DNA from: an uncultured Lachnospiraceae bacterium
Lineage (GTDB): Bacteria; Bacillota; Clostridia; Lachnospirales; Lachnospiraceae
Direction of reading: 5' to 3'
Length of the DNA stretch: 64,000 bases
NCBI GenBank assembly: GCA_902475025.1
Contig: CABRXX010000001.1
Span: 32,454 to 96,453 of the forward strand
Each line of letters opens with the position of its first letter. The stretch's first letter is position 1. The notes under the pieces were generated by a model. The model was not told the origin of the DNA. It searched no databases and worked only from the letters and a program-made list of their open reading frames with translations. Below, one piece after another: positions 9,775 through 17,525 of this stretch. The translations under genes were made by a program, and so were the position numbers.

Positions 9775-10635
9775 ATGAATAGTAAGTTTCCTACAACAAA
9801 AGTGGGCGGTATAGAGGTGCCCAGACTGATCATAGGATGTAATTGGGTGTCTGGATGGAGTCATAGGACTCCATCCAAAGATGACCTGATTTTGAAACGG
9901 CACAATCAGCCGGAAAGCGTGTCTGAGGTTTTTTCTGTATTTTTGCAAGAAGATTTAAATGCAGTGTTGGGATTGTTCGGGGTTGACCAGGATCTGATGG
10001 ATGCGGTCCATTTGGCAGAAGAGAAGACCGGAAAATCCATGACCGTTATGGATACTGTGGTGCTGAATGTAGACGATACCCCTGAGGCAAGAAAAGAAGC
10101 TCAAAGGCAGATACAGGAGAGCGCCGCAAGAGGAGCGAAAATCTGCCTTCCGCTTCATTCCTGCGTGGAACAGCTGCTAAATAAAAATAAGCAGACCATT
10201 GATCGTCTCCCAGATTATTTGTACATGATCCGGGAGGCGGGAATGATACCGGGACTGTCTGCTCATATGCCAGAAGTGATACAGTATACGGATACAAATG
10301 AATATGATGTGGAGACCTACATTCAGATTTTTAACTGCATGGGATTTTTGATGCAGGTGGAAATCGAGAGTGTGGCAAAAATTATTCATAATGCCAAAAA
10401 GCCGGTATTGACCATTAAACCATGTGCAGCAGGGCGGACAACTCCGTATGTGGGACTGAATTTTTCCTTTAATGCTATTCGGGAACAGGATATGGTGGCC
10501 ATTGGCTGCTTTACTCCGGAGGAAGCAATGGAAGACATCGAGTACGCAAGGGCTGCTTTGGAGAGAAGATTGCCCAAGATTGGAGCACGCCAAAGTCCCT
10601 TCAATACCAGCGTTGTAAAAGGAAGCATGAAATAA
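9775..10635 (+). CDS. conserved-looking protein of unknown function
   Basis: 286 aa with good coding character and RBS gagagg. The N-terminus KVGGIEVPRLIIGCNW is faintly aldo-keto-reductase-like. No motif I can name. Confidence 0.6.
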   Translation: MNSKFPTTKVGGIEVPRLIIGCNWVSGWSHRTPSKDDLILKRHNQPESVSEVFSVFLQEDLNAVLGLFGVDQDLMDAVHLAEEKTGKSMTVMDTVVLNVDDTPEARKEAQRQIQESAARGAKICLPLHSCVEQLLNKNKQTIDRLPDYLYMIREAGMIPGLSAHMPEVIQYTDTNEYDVETYIQIFNCMGFLMQVEIESVAKIIHNAKKPVLTIKPCAAGRTTPYVGLNFSFNAIREQDMVAIGCFTPEEAMEDIEYARAALERRLPKIGARQSPFNTSVVKGSMK

Positions 10636-10753
10636 TTTTTGATGTACAGGGATATCTGCTAACTGTGCATAGATTTCTTTTTTTGATTGTACATATATTA
10701 ATTATAAGGAACTGTCGCAGCAGGGATTTTATGGTGCGGTATTCATTTAAGGC

Positions 10754-10804
10754 AGCATCCGTATGCAAGGGCAGCACGCTTTTGCATACGGATGCTATTT
10801 TTTA
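10754..10804 (+). terminator. intrinsic terminator ending the main sugar operon
   Basis: 15-bp stem agcatccgtatgcaa / ttgcatacggatgct followed by attttttatt. Confidence 0.75.
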
Positions 10805-10870
10805 TTTCATAGGGGCTTCCTTTCTATGAAACAAAATGTTTCGCAGGATCGCACTGCGGCGGACAGGAAA
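10797..10870 (+). repeat. repeat family B, copy 1 (~73 bp, two hairpins)
   Basis: attttttatttcatag..ctatgaaa..aatg.t.CGCAGGATCGCACTGCGGCGGACAGGAAA. The 29-mer at 10842-10870 is identical to 16088-16116. Starts in the terminator T-run. Confidence 0.8.
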
Positions 10871-11017
10871 GATGGCGCGAAGTGTCACACCGCAGGAAGA
10901 GAAGTCTGCAAATAGACTGCTTTTTTTGAAAATAATAGATTTTCAAGGAAAATATGCCAAAATCCACCAGAATCTATATACTGGAGCGGTTCCCCACTAC
11001 TCGAGAGGAGAAAACAG

Positions 11018-11911
11018 ATGAAGGTATTGAATTATGGATCATTAAATGTAGATTATGTTTATTCTATGGATCATATCGTGATGGGAGGAGAAACGCAGTT
11101 ATCTTTTCAAATGGAAGCATTTCCAGGGGGAAAAGGATTAAATCAATCCATTGCGCTGGCAAAAGCAGGTGCAGAGGTTTTTCATGCAGGAATCGTTGGA
11201 ATAGATGGAGAAATGCTTTTAGCAATCTGCAAAGAAAATAAAATTGATACGACCTATATCCAGAGTCTGCCTGAAAAAGGAGGCCACACGATCATTCAGG
11301 TAGATAAGAACGGACAGAATTGCATTATCTTGTATGGCGGAACCAATCAGAGACAGACGCGGGGGCGAATTGATTCTGTATTGAAAGAATTTTCAGAGGG
11401 AGATTATTTGATCTTGCAGAACGAGGTAAATCTGCTGGATTATCTGATTGACCAGGCGTTTGAAAAAGGAATGAAAATCGTTTTAAATCCCTCTCCTTTT
11501 AATGAAAAGATCAAAGCGTGTGATCTGAGAAAAGTCAGCTTATTTATGCTCAATGAAATCGAAGGAAAACAATTTACCGGAGAGTGTGATTCGGATAAGA
11601 TTTTGGAGGAGCTTTCCAGAATGTATCCAGAAGCAGAATTTGTTCTCACACTGGGAGAGGATGGGGCGATATACTTTAATGGACATGAAAAATATCGACA
11701 GGAAATTTTTCAGACAGAGGTAGTCGATACGACTGCTGCAGGAGATACTTATACGGGGTATTATCTTGCTTCGATAATAGAAGGCAGGAGTGTGCCGGAG
11801 GCATTAAAAATTGCTGCCAGGGCATCTTCCATTACCGTGTCCAGACCGGGAGCAGCGCCATCGATACCTATCCGAGAAGAAGTTTTTGAGCTGCATGGAA
11901 ATGGCTGCTGA
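11018..11911 (+). CDS. rbsK: ribokinase (PfkB family)
   Basis: NYGSLNVDYVY..., GGKGLNQSIA..., DTTAAGDTYTG anion-hole/ATP motifs. Confidence 0.85.
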   Translation: MKVLNYGSLNVDYVYSMDHIVMGGETQLSFQMEAFPGGKGLNQSIALAKAGAEVFHAGIVGIDGEMLLAICKENKIDTTYIQSLPEKGGHTIIQVDKNGQNCIILYGGTNQRQTRGRIDSVLKEFSEGDYLILQNEVNLLDYLIDQAFEKGMKIVLNPSPFNEKIKACDLRKVSLFMLNEIEGKQFTGECDSDKILEELSRMYPEAEFVLTLGEDGAIYFNGHEKYRQEIFQTEVVDTTAAGDTYTGYYLASIIEGRSVPEALKIAARASSITVSRPGAAPSIPIREEVFELHGNGC

Positions 11912-11958
11912 AAGCTTATATCAACTATATGTATTTTAACTTTTTAGTTTCATAAAAC

Positions 11959-12068
11959 AGGACGCTGCAAAATACAAAGCCTGGTGATTTTTCAGTGGCT
12001 TTTTTTCGAAAACATAGAGTTTCCAAAGAAAACCACTGGAAATATCACAGGATGCATTTTACAGCACC
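11959..12068. repeat. diverged copy of palindromic repeat family A
   Basis: aggacGCTGCAAAATACaaagcctGGTGATTTTTC...TTTTCGAAAAC...ccactggaaatatcacaggatgcATTTTACAGCAcc. Long imperfect palindrome between the convergent stops of rbsK and the Rpn-like gene. Confidence 0.55.
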
Positions 12069-12071
12069 TTT

Positions 12072-13082
12072 TTATAGGTTCAACTCCTTTTTCAGAGCCA
12101 GCACTTCTTCCAGAGAATAATCGGCAGCTTTGGCCAGTAGTTCCTCAGGGAGAAGATCAGCCATGAGAAGATTTTTGAGGAGCGTTTGTTTTCCGAGATC
12201 GATTCCCTTTTTAACGCCTTCCTGAAGTCCTTTTTCAATACCCTCTTTTATACCTTTCTGGAGACCGGTCTCCCATACATAGGCTGAATAATTGCACATA
12301 TGTTCCAACTCCTTTCTTTCACCAAGGGACAGGAAAATGGAATAGTCCTGTTCTAAAAGACGCAGCTTTTGGAGATAAGGGATTTGATTTGAAAATAATA
12401 TTTTTAGCAGTTGCAGCAGTTTGTGATCAGTGGGTTGATTTTCTGCTAATGTAATAAGAACCACAGTCAGCTTATCGTAAGCACAGGGGGTATCTGGAAT
12501 GCCGGGAACGATATCCTTTTTTGAAACCTGATATTGGGATATGGCATTTCCGATATGAGTCGGAGCGTTCAGGCAGATCCAGATGGAATACACCTTTTTG
12601 ATATCATCATAGTGAGGAATAGTGAATTCTGTTCCAAGCTGGGCAGATATCATTCGTGTTCCATAGAAAAAACCTCTGGTGACAAGATCATATCCGGGAT
12701 GAAACAGATTTTGTGCTTCCAGATTGATCAGTAAGCGTACCCTGCCGTTCGGCGAGGGGCAGGAAACGGAAAAACGGATGTCATAGGTAATGAACCCTTC
12801 ATGAAGAATTTTGCTTTCATTAGACAGGCCTGTTATAGTGTCAGGAACAGAGACCGGTACTTTTTCATTAGAGGAACCGGGCAGAACCCCTATAGATGAA
12901 AGCGCGGGCATGTCTTCTATACAAGCAAGGATCTCAGAAACAGGAAGATCAGAAAACTCTGATACACTGTATTTTAAAATCCACGCAAGAATAGATTTTA
13001 TGCTTAATATTTTTTTACATTGGGTATCGCAACGAAGATTTTCTTCGGAAACAGCCAATTCATACGCTAAACTGGAAATCAT
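12072..13082 (-). CDS. Rpn-family recombination-promoting nuclease / PD-(D/E)XK putative transposase
   Basis: 336 aa. ..YDIRF..(n)..LINLEAQ core and a C-terminal GIKEGIEKGLQEGVKKGIDLGKQ repeat typical of the YhgA/Rpn-like family. Confidence 0.7.
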   Translation of the reverse strand: MISSLAYELAVSEENLRCDTQCKKILSIKSILAWILKYSVSEFSDLPVSEILACIEDMPALSSIGVLPGSSNEKVPVSVPDTITGLSNESKILHEGFITYDIRFSVSCPSPNGRVRLLINLEAQNLFHPGYDLVTRGFFYGTRMISAQLGTEFTIPHYDDIKKVYSIWICLNAPTHIGNAISQYQVSKKDIVPGIPDTPCAYDKLTVVLITLAENQPTDHKLLQLLKILFSNQIPYLQKLRLLEQDYSIFLSLGERKELEHMCNYSAYVWETGLQKGIKEGIEKGLQEGVKKGIDLGKQTLLKNLLMADLLPEELLAKAADYSLEEVLALKKELNL

Positions 13083-13307
13083 TGATTATCTTAGCTCTCA
13101 TCCCCAATATCAGTATACCAGAAACGTGAGAAAATACAATCTTTTTGTTGCAATTTAAGATAAAATTAATGAGCATTACAAATGAATAAGAGAACTTGGA
13201 AAGAAACGTATGCTTTAAAAAGCTACCTTGTTCCTGCTGATTGGTTGTGGTATGATGAATAGAAAGGTAAGAAAGACGAACTGGTGATAGAAAAAGGAGC
13301 AGTAAAA

Positions 13308-13811
13308 TTGGGAACAGAATTAACAAAAAAAGATGTGGAAAAAATACAGCAGGAGATCGAATACCGGAAACTGGTGGTGCGAAAAGAAGCTATTGAAGCG
13401 GTGAAAGAAGCCAGAGCCCAAGGGGATCTCAGCGAGAATTTTGAATATTATGCAGCGAAGAAAGATAAGAATCAGAATGAAAGCCGTATCCGTTATCTGG
13501 AGCGGATGCTGAAAACAGCCAGAGTGATTTCCGAGGATTCCAGGGAGGATGAGGTAGGCCTGAACAATACGGTAGAGGTATACTTTGAGGAGGATGATAT
13601 GACGGAAACCTACAAGGTAGTGACTTCTGTCAGGGGAAATTCTCTGAAAGGGCTGATCAGCATTGAATCACCTTTGGGAAAAGCGCTGCTGGGCCATAAG
13701 GTAAATGATCGGGTACACATTAAGGTGGATGATGACTACGGGTATGATGTGATCGTGAAATCCATTGTGAACACAGTGGATGACGGCAGCGACGGTATCC
13801 GGAAATTTTAG
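13308..13811 (+). CDS. greA: transcription elongation factor GreA
   Basis: GDLSENFEYYAAK acidic coiled-coil tip and a C-terminal ISIESPLGKALLGHKVND domain. TTG start 8 nt after GGAG is preferred over the upstream GTG at 13284. Confidence 0.8.
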   Translation: MGTELTKKDVEKIQQEIEYRKLVVRKEAIEAVKEARAQGDLSENFEYYAAKKDKNQNESRIRYLERMLKTARVISEDSREDEVGLNNTVEVYFEEDDMTETYKVVTSVRGNSLKGLISIESPLGKALLGHKVNDRVHIKVDDDYGYDVIVKSIVNTVDDGSDGIRKF

Positions 13812-13881
13812 TATCCAGGTGTCGAAAATGGCATCTGCATCGGGCCGCCAAGGTGTCGCCAAAGCGACTCAAACCAGGCGG

Positions 13882-13908
13882 AGAAGTCTGCGGTCAGACT
13901 TCTTTTTG
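13882..13908 (+). terminator. intrinsic terminator after greA
   Basis: agaagtctg cggt cagacttct tttt. Confidence 0.7.
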
Positions 13909-13958
13909 AACAGAAGCAGAGGTTTGTTTATAAGAATTTAGAGAAGAGGAAGGTACAA

Positions 13959-15110
13959 GTGTTAAAACCATTGATCAAGTGGCCGGGGGGAAAGGCTAAT
14001 GAAATTAGCCGTTTTACATCATTGATACCGGAGTTTGACCGGTATATTGAGCCTTTTGTGGGCGGAGGCGCCGTGTATTTCCATCTTAATCCGGAAAAAG
14101 CGGTGATTAATGATATTTCCAGATATTTGATGGATTTTTATGAGCTGGTTCAGAAACAGGATCCGGAGTTTCATCGGATACTGGACTTATATCAGAGCAG
14201 CTTTGCCAGATTGAAGGAACTGTGCAATTTGCGTTACCCTGATATTCTTACGCTGTACCGGCTGTATGAATATGGAGACCGGGAGGGATATGGGATTCGG
14301 GAGCTGAAACTCCATCAGGGTCTGGTGACCCAGATCGTCAAAGATCCGGGAGTGATGACAGAACTGGTACTGGATCCGGAAGAATTTCTGGAACAGATGC
14401 TTCGGATGACGGAGGATAAAATTTTTCGCACCATTCGGAACTATAAGAAAAAACCTTTTGACAGCAAGGATTTAAAAAATAATCTGATTACTGGGTTTAC
14501 CAGCGGTTTTTATATGTATTTCCGGGGGATTTTTAATGATACAGCTTCCGGTAAGCTTCTGACTACCAAGGCTTATGAAATCGCTAATTTTTACTTTATC
14601 CGGGAGTACTGTTATGGATCCATGTTTCGATATAATGCGAAGGGAGAATTTAACATTCCTTACGGAGGGATTTCTTATAACGGAAAGGATTTTGGGAGTA
14701 AAGTAGATAATCTATTTGATAAAGATGTGGCAAGGCTTTTGGGGCGGACAACCCTTTGCTGTCAGGATTTCGAGGAATTTCTGCAGGGGCTGGAGCTGAC
14801 AGAGCGGGACTTTTTGTTTTTGGATCCTCCGTACGATACGGATTTTTCGGAATACGAAGGAAAAGCATTTGATAGAGAGGATCAGAGACGGCTGGCAGAA
14901 CTTTTAAAGCATACCAAGGCGCAGTTTTTGCTGGTGATTAAAAATACCAGCTATATTTACAGCCTGTATTGCCATGAAGATTTCCGGATGCTCTCTTTTG
15001 ACAATCACTATCTTTATAATATGAGAAGCCGCAATGAAAGGGTAGCGGAGCACCTACTCATTACCAATATTCCTGAGGAGGCAGTGCCGTGGAAGCGAGA
15101 GAATTTCTGA
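13959..15110 (+). CDS. Dam-like N6-adenine DNA methyltransferase (D12 class), enlarged
   Basis: KWPGGK, EPFVGGGAV (motif I) and DPPY at aa 289-292 (motif IV). GTG start after gaagaggaagg. 383 aa, with a long insert between motifs I and IV. Confidence 0.8.
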   Translation: MLKPLIKWPGGKANEISRFTSLIPEFDRYIEPFVGGGAVYFHLNPEKAVINDISRYLMDFYELVQKQDPEFHRILDLYQSSFARLKELCNLRYPDILTLYRLYEYGDREGYGIRELKLHQGLVTQIVKDPGVMTELVLDPEEFLEQMLRMTEDKIFRTIRNYKKKPFDSKDLKNNLITGFTSGFYMYFRGIFNDTASGKLLTTKAYEIANFYFIREYCYGSMFRYNAKGEFNIPYGGISYNGKDFGSKVDNLFDKDVARLLGRTTLCCQDFEEFLQGLELTERDFLFLDPPYDTDFSEYEGKAFDREDQRRLAELLKHTKAQFLLVIKNTSYIYSLYCHEDFRMLSFDNHYLYNMRSRNERVAEHLLITNIPEEAVPWKRENF

Positions 15111-15655
15111 ATTTGATGCATGTGGCGGAAAATTTGAAAAATAATACCAGACATTCCTGGACTTCAGCCGGTCGCCATGAAAGCGTGGCAGAGCACAGTT
15201 GGAGGCTGGCTGTGATGGCTTTTTTCGTGAAGGATGAATTTCCAGAGACAGATATGGATAAAGTGATTCGAATGTGCTTGTTCCACGATATGGGAGAGGC
15301 GTTCACAGGTGATATTCCGGCCTTCTGGAAAACATCCGCGCAGGAAAAGGAAGAGAGCCAGGTGGTTTTTAACTGGCTGGAGGGTCTTCCAGAGTTTTAT
15401 AGGGAAGAGCTGATGGCGCTGTTTGTGGAGATGAAGGAATTAAAAACCAGGGAGGCCAGGATTTATAAAGCACTGGATAAGATGGAAGCTCTGATACAGC
15501 ATAACGAAGCAGATCTGTCTACCTGGCTGCCTCTGGAGTATGGACTGAATCTTACCTATGGAGCAGAGCAGGTGCAGTTTTCTGAATATATGAAAAGACT
15601 GAAAGCGGAGATTGATCGGGATACCTTGGAAAAGATTGCCGGAAAGACACCGTAA
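15089..15655 (+). CDS. HD-domain phosphohydrolase (YfbR-like 5'-deoxynucleotidase family)
   Basis: RHSW...ESVAEHSWRLA...LFHDMGEAFTGDIP HD motifs. GTG start 7 nt after GAGGAGG. Overlaps the methyltransferase gene by 22 nt. Confidence 0.75.
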   Translation: MEAREFLNLMHVAENLKNNTRHSWTSAGRHESVAEHSWRLAVMAFFVKDEFPETDMDKVIRMCLFHDMGEAFTGDIPAFWKTSAQEKEESQVVFNWLEGLPEFYREELMALFVEMKELKTREARIYKALDKMEALIQHNEADLSTWLPLEYGLNLTYGAEQVQFSEYMKRLKAEIDRDTLEKIAGKTP

Positions 15656-15685
15656 ATAGGAAGGTAAATAAGAAACAGATATTGC

Positions 15686-15714
15686 TTGACAGTATAACAG
15701 CTGAGTGTTATCTT
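15686..15714 (+). promoter_or_regulatory. sigma-A-type promoter upstream of the cobalamin riboswitch
   Basis: TTGACA, 17 nt spacer, TATCTT. Confidence 0.45.
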
Positions 15715-15754
15715 ATTCTTGACTGAAAGATTAGCAGTCTCAAATTGAATAGCG

Positions 15755-15945
15755 AAAACAACAGGTGCCGGATATATGGAGTTTGTATATCAGGGTAAAA
15801 GGGAAACAGGTGTGAATCCTGTACGATCTCGTCACTGTATTTAAGGAGTACATAATGAATGCGCGTTGCGCAGGCCACTGGGAAACTGGGAAGGAAATTA
15901 TGTATGTTGATTTATAAGCCAGGAAACCTGCCTGCTGTTGGTACA
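15755..15945 (+). promoter_or_regulatory. cobalamin (B12) riboswitch
   Basis: ggtgcc...AGGGAAacaGGTGtGAATCCtgtac...GTCACTG...GCCACTGGGAA...GGGAAGG...AAGCCAGGAAACCTGCC (B12 box). P1 closes aacagg/cctgctgtt. Confidence 0.85.
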
Positions 15946-16012
15946 GGAACGGAAAGTTCCAGATCACGAGTAATTGGTTGTGCCATTTTAACAGATGAAA
16001 GTCTGTTAGTGT

Positions 16013-16049
16013 ATCCTTTTATCCGCTGATGCGATAAAAGGATTTTTTA
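16013..16049 (+). terminator. riboswitch expression-platform terminator
   Basis: atccttttatc / gataaaaggat 11-bp stem followed by tttttt. Confidence 0.75.
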
Positions 16050-16116
16050 TTTCATAGAGATTACTTCCTATGAAATAAAAAATGCTCCGCAGGATCGCAC
16101 TGCGGCGGACAGGAAA
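16044..16116 (+). repeat. repeat family B, copy 2
   Basis: Same architecture as 10797-10870 with the identical 29-mer at 16088-16116. Again begins in a terminator T-run. Confidence 0.8.
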
Positions 16117-16430
16117 TGCATGATAAAAGCGTGTTGTCCGGTAAAAACTATGAATTTTACGGTTTTTGCAGCGAGAGGATATGCGATGAACTTGATTTTA
16201 CGGTTGGTCTGGTGGTTTTCTGCGTGAGAGCTACAGTTGGAGCGCCTGCAATGCATCAGAAATTAATTTCCCGGGCAATGAGCCAAGCGACCGCACTTGT
16301 ATGGATATTTGGCGAATGCTCAAGGGTCAAAGATCTCAGCAGCTTGCTGCGCTGCAAGTTTGATATTTTGTCAGCTTACTGCAGAGCTTTGATCCTAAAA
16401 GGAGAAAAATCAAAACAAGGAGGAAATGAC

Positions 16431-17450
16431 ATGAAAAGAAAGACATTGAGAACATTGGCAATCGGTACTGCACTGACCCTGACTCTGGCTATGGGAAGCA
16501 TGGCCAATGCAGAGGAAGTAGTGACGGAGGCTGCGGAAGAGAACGGGACAGAAGCAGTGACGGAAGCAGCAGAAGTTGAGACAGAGGCTGTGACAGAGGA
16601 AGCGGAGGATGAGACTGAAGCCTATACAGGAGACGCGTCCTTAGATGACCCCAGGAATCAAGACGAGATTGGGGAAAAAGAGCTTTTGGTGGTAAGCTTT
16701 GGAACCAGTTTTAATGACAGCAGAAGAGAGACTATCGGAGCGATTGAAGGAGCTTTGGCAGAAGCTTTCCCGGATTACTCTGTGAGAAGAGCCTTTACCT
16801 CCCAGATCATTATTGATCATGTGATGGAGCGGGATGGGGTGGCCATCGACAATATGACGCAGGCTCTGGATCGGGCAGTGGAGAATGGCGTTAAGACGCT
16901 GGTGGTTCAGCCCACCCATCTGATGAATGGATTGGAGTATGAGGAGATGACCCAGACTCTGGCAGAGTATGCAGATGTATTTGAGCAGGTAGCAGTAGGA
17001 GAACCGTTGCTGATTTCGGATGAAGATTTTGCAGCAGTGGAGAAAGCGATTACAGACGCTACAGCGGAATATGTGGACGGAGAGACCGCCATTGTCTTTA
17101 TGGGACATGGAACAGAAGCGGATTCTAACCAGATCTACGGGAAAATGCAGGAAAATCTTACAGCCAATGGGTTTACAGATTATTATATCGGTACCGTAGA
17201 GGCAACTCCCAGCCTGGAGGATGTGATTGCAAAGGTAGGAGAAGGGGAATATAAGAAGGTAGTTCTTCTTCCGCTGATGATCGTGGCCGGAGACCATGCC
17301 AACAATGATATGGCAGTGGACTGGAAAGCAAGCTTTGAGGAAGCGGGTTATGAGGTAGAAGTGGTACTCCAGGGGCTTGGTGCGAACGAGGGCATTCAGC
17401 AGCTTTTGGTAGACCACGCTCAGGCAGCAGTGGATAGCTTGGCACAGTAA
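16431..17450 (+). CDS. exported CbiK-like (class II anaerobic cobaltochelatase fold) protein with acidic T/E/A linker
   Basis: AAGGAGG-ATG start. Signal peptide MKRKTLRTLAIGTALTLTLAMGSMANA, then an EEVVTEAAEENGTEAVTEAAEVETEAVTEEAED linker. CbiK core is LLVVSFGTS...FMGHG...VAGDHANNDM. Confidence 0.8.
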   Translation: MKRKTLRTLAIGTALTLTLAMGSMANAEEVVTEAAEENGTEAVTEAAEVETEAVTEEAEDETEAYTGDASLDDPRNQDEIGEKELLVVSFGTSFNDSRRETIGAIEGALAEAFPDYSVRRAFTSQIIIDHVMERDGVAIDNMTQALDRAVENGVKTLVVQPTHLMNGLEYEEMTQTLAEYADVFEQVAVGEPLLISDEDFAAVEKAITDATAEYVDGETAIVFMGHGTEADSNQIYGKMQENLTANGFTDYYIGTVEATPSLEDVIAKVGEGEYKKVVLLPLMIVAGDHANNDMAVDWKASFEEAGYEVEVVLQGLGANEGIQQLLVDHAQAAVDSLAQ

Positions 17451-17525
17451 ACAGTAGCTGTTTTCAGGATTGGCGCTTTATAGCTGAAGTGTGTGGCCCT
17501 GACGGGAGTTAACGGCGAAAAGATG

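Noticed and set aside
16116-16430. In-frame 105-codon N-terminal extension of the CbiK-like ORF (track ORF 16116..17450).
   Set aside because: The extension has non-protein-like composition, starts inside repeat B and has no RBS. A perfect AAGGAGG-ATG followed by a classic signal peptide occurs at 16431.
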